DNA of 64,000 nucleotides from Lachnospira sp. (GTDB lineage Bacteria; Bacillota; Clostridia; Lachnospirales; Lachnospiraceae): NCBI GenBank assembly GCA_045543195.1, contig JAZQME010000020.1, positions 28,637 to 92,636 of the forward strand, read 5' to 3'. Shown piece by piece: positions 41,338 to 49,954 of this stretch (position 1 is its first letter; each line of letters starts with the position of its first letter). The notes under the pieces were generated by a model. It saw only the letters and a program-made list of their open reading frames with translations, ran no database searches and was not told where the DNA came from. The position numbers and the translations under genes were made by a program.

Positions 41338-43668
41338 TCACTGCTCAATGACTATTTTACCAAGCATATGTCTTCTAATTCTTACTATATCACCCAAGGC
41401 TATTGAACCATCCTTAGTGCAATCTGCTGCCAATGCATAAACACCTTCAACCTTCAGCTTTCCAAGCATCACTCGCCTTATTCGTACAATATCAACAAGA
41501 CTAATAGCTCCATCACCCGTAACATCTCCATATACCACAATATCATAGGTTGCAAGAGTTGCACCGCTCTCACCCAATACAGTCAGCTTATCACCTGTAC
41601 GTACAGAACTTGTATTATCCGTGCCGTCAGCTTTTACAACTTTAACCGTAACATCACTTGATGTTTTTATCTTTGACTTAATATTGGCTATGGTATCACC
41701 AATAGCAAAGCCTGATATAATATTCTTGGTCTTATCCAGCTTAAAGGCACTTAAATCATACTGATTCTTAGTAGACGTTGGTGGTTCTGTTCCACCAGAA
41801 GTGTCGCCTTCAGTACCACCAGTACTTCCAGACTCACCTTCAGTCTCCGGAACTTTTCCCTGCTCTTTTCTCACCACATTAATTGTGTAAGTACGAACAT
41901 CTCCATTCTGGGCCGTAACCACAACATTAATCTTGTTATCGCCAACCTCAAGTGCATTAGTTCCGTTTCCTGTTATCTTCGCAGTGCTGTCAGCCAAGAC
42001 TGCTGCCACATTAATAGATGACACCGAATAATCGACAATCATACTGTACTCTGAAACAAACTTTCCAAAACTCGGTGTGATAGTCTGTCCTTCAACAGTA
42101 AGAGAAGCCAGTGTATTGTTAGGGCTTCCATTCTTCGTTGGTACAGCACAAACTTCAGCCGGCATATTCTTATACACCGGAATATAAAATACAAGCCCGG
42201 TATTAGCTTTCATTTCAGCAGTATAAGCTTTCGCAGCCTTGACGGATTCACTTCTTGGAGCAAGAACATGAGTCATATACTGATGAAGATATCCATAGTA
42301 TCCTATCAAATCATACTTCTGATAATAAATAGTCTCCTGACCTATAGATATATAATTGCTACCAAGATATACCGAACCACCAAGAATAGATCTCATTCTT
42401 GAGTTCCATGGTCTGACATAAGTTCCTGTGGAAGCATCACTTGCATATTTAAGCCCGTTTCTAATAGTCGCATCATGATCACTTCCTGCACCTGAACTGG
42501 CATAAACATTAAAATAATTATAATATCCCTCATATCCGGAAAATGTTCCCGAAATACTTCTTCCCGTACCATTTTGTCCCTGTTCCTGAATAATTCTTGT
42601 AGCTAAGTGGTACGGACTTACCTTTGACATCTGTCCCGCATAAAGCAATGCAGATGTATAGGAAAACACCTTATTGTCATAAGATAACTCATGTGTGGAA
42701 TTCTCCATAAACGTTCCTGCAACAATATTCTTCAAACCTTCCTCAGTATGTATGTTAGCATCGAAAGAAAGCTTCTCAAACATAAACACATTGGTTTCAT
42801 TAAGGAAATTTCTAGGGTCCAATGTGTACTCCAACAACGCCTTTGAAGACTGTACCCAGTTACCTCCATCCCAAGGATACCAAGTACTTGTCTCCCAATC
42901 ATAATACGGACTCGAATATGTTCCATCCGCATTGACAGTAGTCTCAATAGACTTCCAAGAACTGATAGAAGACTTTGCAATAAGACTTCTTGCAGGTGTA
43001 TTCTGTTTAGTCACCATAGTATTCCAATCAATACTTACATGATCCGCTATAAATACCCACTTCGGATACTTCTTATGCAGCTCTCTAAGACCAGCCTTAT
43101 AACTTTCCGGGAACTTCTGCGAATCAAGATACTTCTCAAAGTCCATATCCTCAGAGTAATCTACATCCTTATCAAGCTCGACATAGTCACCATCAACATA
43201 ACCTGTATAGTTCTTTCCAGCCTTAAAAAAGTTCACCTTATACCACACCTTATAGTCTGAAACCTTAACCGTATCAAGAATCTCCAACTTAAGTCCGCCC
43301 TTAATCGTGATAATCACTGCTGAAGATGTATTAGGTTCGGTTCGTACGTTGAGCTCAATACCTTTCTTTACCGAACCAGTAGGATTAACAACTACCGGAC
43401 TGGAAGTTTCAGGTTCCGTGTTAATCTCCCCCGAGCTACCTGTCTCTCCTGAAGCACTACTACCTGATTCACTCTCGGTCCCAGACACCTTTGTCTCAGA
43501 TGCAGACTCAGACGTTGCCTCTGAAACAGTCTCAGCCACAGTACTCTCTGTCGCATAAGCTCTTATGGATGCCACACTGCAAAAAACAGTTACACTCACA
43601 ACCAGAAGCACAAATGCAACTGCAATTATTAACTTGTTATATCTTTGGTGCAGTCGTAACTTGTTCAT
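41338..43668 (-). CDS. secreted peptidoglycan hydrolase candidate (SH3b, glucosaminidase-like, cadherin-like) with C-terminal dockerin
   Basis: N-terminal signal/anchor, SH3b-like block (GIELNVRTEP...YKVWYKV), glucosaminidase-like YHLATRIIQEQG. The C-terminal duplicated Ca-binding segments GDVTGDGAISLVDIVRIRRVMLG / ADCTKDGSIALGDIVRIRRHMLG form a dockerin. Confidence 0.6.
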   Translation of the reverse strand: MNKLRLHQRYNKLIIAVAFVLLVVSVTVFCSVASIRAYATESTVAETVSEATSESASETKVSGTESESGSSASGETGSSGEINTEPETSSPVVVNPTGSVKKGIELNVRTEPNTSSAVIITIKGGLKLEILDTVKVSDYKVWYKVNFFKAGKNYTGYVDGDYVELDKDVDYSEDMDFEKYLDSQKFPESYKAGLRELHKKYPKWVFIADHVSIDWNTMVTKQNTPARSLIAKSSISSWKSIETTVNADGTYSSPYYDWETSTWYPWDGGNWVQSSKALLEYTLDPRNFLNETNVFMFEKLSFDANIHTEEGLKNIVAGTFMENSTHELSYDNKVFSYTSALLYAGQMSKVSPYHLATRIIQEQGQNGTGRSISGTFSGYEGYYNYFNVYASSGAGSDHDATIRNGLKYASDASTGTYVRPWNSRMRSILGGSVYLGSNYISIGQETIYYQKYDLIGYYGYLHQYMTHVLAPRSESVKAAKAYTAEMKANTGLVFYIPVYKNMPAEVCAVPTKNGSPNNTLASLTVEGQTITPSFGKFVSEYSMIVDYSVSSINVAAVLADSTAKITGNGTNALEVGDNKINVVVTAQNGDVRTYTINVVRKEQGKVPETEGESGSTGGTEGDTSGGTEPPTSTKNQYDLSAFKLDKTKNIISGFAIGDTIANIKSKIKTSSDVTVKVVKADGTDNTSSVRTGDKLTVLGESGATLATYDIVVYGDVTGDGAISLVDIVRIRRVMLGKLKVEGVYALAADCTKDGSIALGDIVRIRRHMLGKIVIEQ

Positions 43669-43719
43669 CTAATCACCTTTCGTTTCACTAATCCCAGTCA
43701 GTTAATGCACACCAACTGA

Positions 43720-45315
43720 CTAATTATTCCTACCAAACTCTGAAAGCTTCAAGCCTTCATTTCTCTCAAGTACCATATTAACGCTCCAGCTGTTAACAAA
43801 GAGCAACAACGGATTGTCCTTTAAATCCTTTATCTTCTTCATATCTGATGTACCCACGATTCTGTTCATATTGATTTCCTCCGGGTTCTCAATCCATCTG
43901 ATATGCTCGTATGGCAATGGTTCGAGCTTAATATCAACATTGTACTCATTCTTAAGTCTGTACTCAAGAACCTCAAACTGAAGCACACCTACAACACCTA
44001 CGATAATCTCTTCCATACCGGTGTTGAACTCCTGGAATATCTGAATAGCACCTTCCTGCGCAATCTGACTGATACCCTTAACAAACTGCTTACGCTTCAT
44101 AGTATCCATCTGGCGCACTCTTGCAAAATGTTCAGGTGCAAATGTAGGAATACCCTCAAAGGCAAACTTCTCATTGGACGTACAGATAGTATCACCAATA
44201 GAGAATATACCCGGATCAAACACACCAATAATATCGCCTGCATAGGCTTCCTCAACGATATGTCTTTCCTGCGCCATCATCTGCTGTGGCTGTGCAAGTC
44301 TAATCTTCTTGCCACCCTGCACATGATTAGCCTCCATACCGGCCTCAAACTTACCTGAACAGATACGCATAAATGCAATTCTGTCTCTATGTGCCTTATT
44401 CATATTAGCCTGAATCTTAAATACAAATGCTGAGAACTTCTCCTCCACAGGGTCAATAATGCCTGCTGATGAATTTCTAGCAAGTGGTGTAGTTGTCATA
44501 TCAAGGAAATGCTCCAAAAATGTCTGCACACCAAAGTTAGTAAGTGCCGAACCAAAGAATACAGGTGTAAGGTTACCAGCCTGTACCTGAGCAATGTCAA
44601 ATTCTGCACTTGCTCCATCTAAAAGCTCAATATCCTCCATAAGCTTTTCGTGGAATGCAGGTCCAATCTCACTAAGCAGTGCATCATCATCTACAGAAAC
44701 ATTTTTCGTATCAACTTCCTTCTGACCATTCATAGCCGCCTTAAAGAGTGAAACCTCTCTCTTGTTACGGTCATACACACCCTTAAACTCCTTACCACAA
44801 CCGATAGGCCAGTTAACAGGACATGTGCTGATACCTAATACATTCTCAATCTCATCAAGAAGCTCAAATGGGTCGTTAGCCTCTCTATCCATCTTGTTGA
44901 TAAATGTAAAGATAGGAATTTTTCTCATAACACAAACCTTAAAGAGCTTAATAGTCTGCTTCTCAACACCCTTTGAAGCATCAATAACCATGACAGCTGA
45001 GTCTGCCGCCATAAGTGTACGATAAGTATCCTCAGAGAAATCCTCATGTCCCGGAGTATCAAGGATATTGATACAATATCCGCCATAGTTAAACTGAAGT
45101 ACAGAAGAAGTTACAGAAATACCTCTCTCCTTCTCTATCTCCATCCAGTCAGAAACCGCATGCTTGGCAGTCTTCTTACCCTTAACACTTCCGGCAAGGT
45201 TAATAGCACCTCCATACAGCAAAAATTTCTCCGTAAGTGTAGTCTTACCTGCATCCGGATGGGAAATAATCGCAAAGGTCCTTCTTTTTTCTATCTCACT
45301 TCTAATATCAGACAT
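43720..45315 (-). CDS. prfC: peptide chain release factor 3
   Basis: 531 aa translational GTPase with RRTFAIISHPDAGKTTLTEK, DTPGHEDF and NKMDR motifs. Confidence 0.95.
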   Translation of the reverse strand: MSDIRSEIEKRRTFAIISHPDAGKTTLTEKFLLYGGAINLAGSVKGKKTAKHAVSDWMEIEKERGISVTSSVLQFNYGGYCINILDTPGHEDFSEDTYRTLMAADSAVMVIDASKGVEKQTIKLFKVCVMRKIPIFTFINKMDREANDPFELLDEIENVLGISTCPVNWPIGCGKEFKGVYDRNKREVSLFKAAMNGQKEVDTKNVSVDDDALLSEIGPAFHEKLMEDIELLDGASAEFDIAQVQAGNLTPVFFGSALTNFGVQTFLEHFLDMTTTPLARNSSAGIIDPVEEKFSAFVFKIQANMNKAHRDRIAFMRICSGKFEAGMEANHVQGGKKIRLAQPQQMMAQERHIVEEAYAGDIIGVFDPGIFSIGDTICTSNEKFAFEGIPTFAPEHFARVRQMDTMKRKQFVKGISQIAQEGAIQIFQEFNTGMEEIIVGVVGVLQFEVLEYRLKNEYNVDIKLEPLPYEHIRWIENPEEINMNRIVGTSDMKKIKDLKDNPLLLFVNSWSVNMVLERNEGLKLSEFGRNN

Positions 45316-45469
45316 GATTGTCTTCTCCTCTCAAACCAAAACTATTTTACCAAATAAATGCACCGCACAAAATACCTGCAGGACATTTCCCACAATGTAC
45401 CAGTGGAGTGCAATACAATCAAAGCCTATGATGTTTACACACCATAGGCTTTACTTATACATCTTTTAT

Positions 45470-45498
45470 ATTATACCGCAAGAAGTAGGTTACATCAA
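45470..45498 (-). promoter_or_regulatory. candidate sigma-A promoter for prfC
   Basis: Minus strand reads TTGATG, a 17-nt spacer, then TATAAT. An about 150-nt leader follows, containing hairpin AAAGCCTATGG...CCATAGGCTTT (45421..45452). Confidence 0.45.
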
Positions 45499-45765
45499 GG
45501 TTTTTGGGGAAATTTTTAGTTATATTTTCACGCAAAAGTTCCCTAGAAACTAATCTGATATTGCAATTATCTTAATTGTCGCCTCATAATTTGACACATA
45601 AATAAGGCTATCCCCCTGCGATATATCCGCAGAAGTTTTAGCAAGAGAAATTCTAACCATTTTTTCATATGTCTTACTCTGTGCAAATCAAACTATCCAA
45701 CCAGCCTACAAATCTAATATCCGTATCTAATCCCTGGCATTTTTACAAACTATATTACTCACTAT

Positions 45766-46656
45766 CTACTCACTATAAAACAACTGTTTTGGACTCTTTG
45801 GTTTATCCGGATTACTCATCTTAATCTTTCCACTTTCCACCAAAGGCATTACATGTGTCTGTATAGCATAAGTAATAGATGACAAGCCTAGGTATTCACA
45901 TATTTCTTGTCTTGTACGTGGTGTTCTACAGAATACCAAAAGGTCGTTTGTCACTTCCACTTCTGGTTCCACTTTGCTGATATTACCTGCCTTATAAAAC
46001 GTAACTATAAAGCTACCTCTTTCATCTGCAAATTTCGGTTCCTTTAGATTATATTTCTCCATTTCTTTACGTATCGTTGGTATTCCAGAATATCTGTTTT
46101 CTGTAACACGCAATGCTTCTAATGCTAATGCCAACACTGGATTTCTTGTATCTGGTTACATTTTTCCCAACTGATCAACTTTGATTCTTCCGTATATTCC
46201 TCCCGGATTTCTTATCTCCATCCTATCTTCATACATAATAATTTGTATCGGCATACCTTCTGTATGAATACTATAATCACGATGAACAAGGGCATTAATA
46301 ATCGCTTCTCTAACTGCAGTAATAGGGTAATCCGTTCTATCCTCACGCGCCCCAGTTTCCGGATTAATTATTGTCTTGTTTTTCATATTCTTTTTAACAA
46401 AACGAATCGCCTCGTCAAGCATCTCCGAAATACTGCCTTCAATTCGCTGATTGTCTAAAAATCGTTCTCCAGCAGTTCCAATATTTCCAATCTCCGTCCC
46501 TGGTACTGCGATTGCAGTAATACATAACTGTGGGAAATATGCCTGTGGATATGGGCTAAAAATCATAGTTCCACTCAATGTCATTTCATCATTTCTTGTC
46601 ACGCTCATCAACTCATAAATACTCTTATCATCTAGATTTATGCAAGGAACTTAAAA
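45766..46656 (-). pseudogene. 5'-truncated, TAA-interrupted gene for an HATPase_c_4 + wHTH protein (AlbA_2/Schlafen-type putative regulator family)
   Basis: REAIINALVHRDYS and MEIRNPGG blocks, then an in-frame TAA at 46156..46158, then PDTRNPVLA...RYSGIPTI and a C-terminal wHTH. The expected N-terminal roughly 150-aa domain is absent. Confidence 0.65.
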
Positions 46657-46809
46657 ATCATTCACTAACTCAAATGCGAACTCAAATTTTATTCAAATTA
46701 ATTTGAGTTCCTTTCATTTTCATATTATCAACTCAAAAACAAATCAAATTTATTTGCTTCAATCAAAAGCTTACACAAGAAGCCAGCGGTATCCTCCGCC
46801 GAATTCGGA

Positions 46810-46947
46810 TTATGAAAGCGATTTTACTGTAAGGTTTGTTGTGATAATCATAGGCTTGCCTGAGCACACTCGTCTGTCGATTACTTGAAACACATTCTCC
46901 ATCATATAGGCGGAGCTTCGCTCTGAACCCAAATCATCAAGAATCAG
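46810..46947 (-). pseudogene. C-terminal fragment of a DnaC/IstB-like AAA+ helper ATPase
   Basis: Only about 45 codons are retained: LILDDLGSERSS (Walker B) and GKPMIITTN (sensor). The upstream part of the ORF is read out of the array repeat. Confidence 0.6.
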
Positions 46948-46984
46948 CTCTTCTCTTGTGCAAATAAAGCATTGGCAATACAAG

Positions 46985-47045
46985 GATTCCTTAAGTACAC
47001 TAAACTTAACCAGCATATGTGATTAACTTTTCTATACTCAAAAAA
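46985..47045 (-). repeat. array repeat copy a (tail end plus start of spacer)
   Basis: CCTTAAGTACACTAAACTTAACCAGCATATGTGATTAACTTTTCTATACTCAAAAAACTT is near-identical to 47815..47875, 50788..50848 and 51613..51672. Confidence 0.85.
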
Positions 47046-47137
47046 CTTGTCAACACAACTGCCATCTTCTTAAAATACATATCGTCTGCGTTCAACTGTT
47101 CTGAGGTTTTGCCTGTCGCATTTGCCAATCTTGATTT
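47006..47137 (-). pseudogene. relic of the 3' end of a large array gene (in-frame internally deleted tail)
   Basis: Translates as ...ANATGKTSEQLNADDMYFKKMAVVLTS|FLSIEKLITYAG*. It aligns to aa 518-542 and 638-649 of the 649-aa ORF, with the hydrophobic region deleted. Confidence 0.7.
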
Positions 47138-47269
47138 GTTTTTTTTATAATTCTTTTATGAAACTATTAATTTCTGAAGGTTTCTTTTCTATATTTCCGT
47201 TTTTTCAAAGTATTCATCAAGCCAACTTTCCAATTTGCTTCCTTTGCATTTATATTCACTCTTCGCCAC

Positions 47270-47731
47270 TTATGCCCACCTCACTTCTGTATCCATAAAT
47301 GATACTTTTTCACATATAGAAGTCTCTACCCCTTCATTACCATATGCGGTAAAACAGTTCTGCAATAGTTTTAAAAACTCCTGCTTTTTTTCGATATTGT
47401 ATCCAAAAGAATGCACAGCTTTTATTTTATACACAACCTCAAAAGTATCATATAGCGGATCATTATGTGTAAAAAATTTTTTTCTATAAAATTCCACCAT
47501 ATAACTTTTCTCATTCCATATAACGGCACAATACTTCGGCATTTCTGACCATTCCTTCAAATCATCTGTCATTATTCCTTGTCCCCCCATAAATGCCATT
47601 TTCACATTTTCTTCATAATTTTCTATAATATCATAGCCATAACTAGGCTCCCCTCCAAATGGACTCCTTACTCCACATTTCAAGAAATATTCTTCGTCCT
47701 CATCCGTTATCCTTCTTAATTCATAAGACAT
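47270..47731 (-). CDS. array small protein A3 (153 aa), distant paralog of A1/A2; candidate immunity/partner protein
   Basis: Intact ORF after the conserved spacer and Shine-Dalgarno (AGCGAGGAAAA). Shares the blocks AVIWNEKSYMVEF and EFLKLLQNCFTAYGNEG with A1/A2 (FVFVWNQKNYTIQL, NFLDDLKEALMVYGSDG). Confidence 0.65.
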   Translation of the reverse strand: MSYELRRITDEDEEYFLKCGVRSPFGGEPSYGYDIIENYEENVKMAFMGGQGIMTDDLKEWSEMPKYCAVIWNEKSYMVEFYRKKFFTHNDPLYDTFEVVYKIKAVHSFGYNIEKKQEFLKLLQNCFTAYGNEGVETSICEKVSFMDTEVRWA

Positions 47732-47952
47732 AGTACATTTTCCTCGCTTTCTTTTTGAATTCTCATTACATTTTTACTTTACATTCTTATAAATTACAGT
47801 TATGCTTCCCCTTCCTTAAGCACACTAAACTTAACCAGCATATGTGATTAACTTTACTATACTCAAAAAACTTATAACCGCTCCCATACCCATAAGATAT
47901 GGTGATATGGCTCCTGTAAGAGCAGCGCCTCCTGCCATGTCTCCTATCACAT
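47732..47952 (-). repeat. array repeat copy b (about 100-bp spacer plus about 120-bp conserved 3' coding tail)
   Basis: Aligns almost base-for-base with 51532..51750 and, over the spacer and first about 45 bp of tail, with 50707..50857. Confidence 0.9.
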
Positions 47953-49780
47953 CAATAGCGCATCCGGTCATAATAGCAGATGCCTCATTCTCATATCCTG
48001 CGTTGTACAACGTAACCGCATTGTATATGGACACACTGGCTACTGCAATGGTTCCTACTGCATCAACCACCGGTAAAGCAACATTGGATATCTTGCTTAT
48101 ACCCTTGCAACTGTCTGACAATTTATTTATTAACTTAACTGTATCCACATCTCCGCTTGTCAACGCATCTGCCATCTTCATAAAGTACATATCGCCCACA
48201 TTCAGCTGGTCGGCTGTCTTGCCTGCCGCTGAAAGGTACTTATTCATAGTGGCATCCGATATATTAACACTATCCAAATGTAATTTCGCACAGCGTGTGT
48301 TGTAGTCATATTCTTTAAACTTAATCTTCTCAACTATGCTTAAATCTTTATATGTTGGATACATAGTCTCCATCACATCATCCAACAGGAATCTGCTTGC
48401 ATCACCTAATGTAACCTTGCATGCATAATCCGCCGGAAGTTCTGTTGATGTAGCCTCTAACGCAGAAATTAACTTTCCGTCATTATCTATGTATATGTTA
48501 ATATCCGCCAGAATGTCCGCTGTAGTTGTGGCTATGTTGTTGGAAGATATGTACTCATAATTTCTAAACTTGTTAAGAGTATCCGGGTCGGTACAGTCGG
48601 ATAGGAATGTGTACTTGAGTTTAAGGTCGGGATCTGTCGCTATACCTACTTTACTTATAATTGAATCACTTGCTCCGATTGATGTTAAGTACTCATAAAC
48701 TCTGTACTTATTCAAATCTGTTTGTGAGCAATTCTCTAAAAAGCTATGTTTAGTTACCAAGTCAATATCTGATATCACAGTGGTTGAACCACTTCTGTAT
48801 CTGGCATCTATATCTTGTAATATTATCTGTTCAAGCTTTGTAAGTTCTGTCTTAATTCCGTATTCAACAGATATATCATCTATATTTCTGTATTGGGTGA
48901 TATTTTCAATCGTCGTTTCGTATGCACTATTAGCTGTTGTTCCCTCATAATCATCAACTATTCTATACTCCTGCCCTCTGGCTCTCGTTAAATTACCATC
49001 CCCATCAAAATATACCGCTATATTCTTTGCCGTATCTGTTCCATACTTGCCATCCCTATACTCTGCAAGCTGGATTTCTTTGATAATATCCGCTCCCGTA
49101 TCCTCATTAATAAATGAATACTTCTCCATAAGTTCCGCTATGGACTTCAACTCAAAATCCCCTGAACTTGAAATATCACTGTCCACCATACTGAATATCT
49201 GTGTGCGCTCGTAGTGGTATTTCTTGGTCTCAAATTTTTCAACTATCGTGTAGTGTTCATAGTCAACATATTGAACAATCATATCCTTATCAGCTATGTC
49301 CATTATTCTTATTGCATCTTCTACATTATGGTCTACTTTTTCAAGGATGTTAATAGTATCATCTATATTGTTTCCTGTCCATTCAAGAATCTTAAGCGCT
49401 CCTTCAACGCTACCTCTCGACGATACAACAACTCTTGCTACATCATCAACATTGTGCTTAGCAACTTCTAACAGCTGTGATAAATCCTTATAATTCGTAT
49501 AATATATGGGGGCAGCCGCATCTGGCCAATTAAACACATCACCACTCTTCATAACTGGCTCAATATCTATACCCACCAGTTTACCTGTATCATCAAAGTA
49601 TAAATTCATCTTATCTAAATCGCTTAACTCAGCACCATCTGGGCCAACATGGTCTATTAATCTACATATATCGCCCAACACCGATTCACTTCCATCTAAG
49701 GAATTATAAATGTATTTTAAGTCATCCATCTTAATACTATTAATCGAAGTCGCACTTGATTCTCGAAGAAGTGCTGGCAT
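47831..49780 (-). CDS. large repeat-containing protein ending in a glycine-zipper hydrophobic tail (distal part of the ARC-like gene)
   Basis: 649-aa ORF from the first ATG. The frame stays open 58 more codons upstream, to the TAA at 49955. The C-terminal about 85 aa form two or three hydrophobic, Gly/Ala-rich segments (IGDMAGGAALTGAISPYLMGMGAV). Confidence 0.7.
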   Translation of the reverse strand: MPALLRESSATSINSIKMDDLKYIYNSLDGSESVLGDICRLIDHVGPDGAELSDLDKMNLYFDDTGKLVGIDIEPVMKSGDVFNWPDAAAPIYYTNYKDLSQLLEVAKHNVDDVARVVVSSRGSVEGALKILEWTGNNIDDTINILEKVDHNVEDAIRIMDIADKDMIVQYVDYEHYTIVEKFETKKYHYERTQIFSMVDSDISSSGDFELKSIAELMEKYSFINEDTGADIIKEIQLAEYRDGKYGTDTAKNIAVYFDGDGNLTRARGQEYRIVDDYEGTTANSAYETTIENITQYRNIDDISVEYGIKTELTKLEQIILQDIDARYRSGSTTVISDIDLVTKHSFLENCSQTDLNKYRVYEYLTSIGASDSIISKVGIATDPDLKLKYTFLSDCTDPDTLNKFRNYEYISSNNIATTTADILADINIYIDNDGKLISALEATSTELPADYACKVTLGDASRFLLDDVMETMYPTYKDLSIVEKIKFKEYDYNTRCAKLHLDSVNISDATMNKYLSAAGKTADQLNVGDMYFMKMADALTSGDVDTVKLINKLSDSCKGISKISNVALPVVDAVGTIAVASVSIYNAVTLYNAGYENEASAIMTGCAIDVIGDMAGGAALTGAISPYLMGMGAVISFLSIVKLITYAG

Positions 49781-49954
49781 CTCTGTATTCCACCATATTC
49801 GTGTAGCCGCTTCGTCAATATCTCCAATATAAACAATAACATCACCTGTCGTTTCCTTCGCGAAACGATAAGAAACATCAGCCCATGGGCCGATTATTCC
49901 ATTGGTCTTGATACCTGTTGGCTTGAAATTCTCGAATTTTTGTACGCCGTTTAG

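Noticed and set aside
43669-43719. Hairpin AGTCAGTT...AACTGACT between prfC and the dockerin gene, as a terminator
   Set aside because: The stem is short and no U-run follows on the coding strand. It more likely sits within a read-through junction or is fortuitous.
45164-45553. 129-aa plus-strand ORF spanning the prfC start and its upstream region
   Set aside because: It is antisense to the prfC 5' end and promoter/leader, with no translation signals.
46678-46710. 11-bp perfect inverted repeat GAACTCAAATT...AATTTGAGTTC with nearby AACTCAAA repeats, upstream of the truncated HATPase_c_4 gene
   Set aside because: It is short, AT-rich and sits in degraded intergenic sequence. It could be an old operator or terminator, but nothing in the window links it to a function.
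47189-47269. 26-codon GTG-initiated frame directly after the A3 stop (VAKSEYKCKGSKLESWLDEYFEKTEI*), as a possible relic of a third ARC-like N-terminus
   Set aside because: Its position matches the unit layout. Its similarity to the other N-termini (ISAKEALDELDELL, ITADKAMDQLKGLI) is limited to a vague acidic-helix pattern, which is too weak to call by eye.
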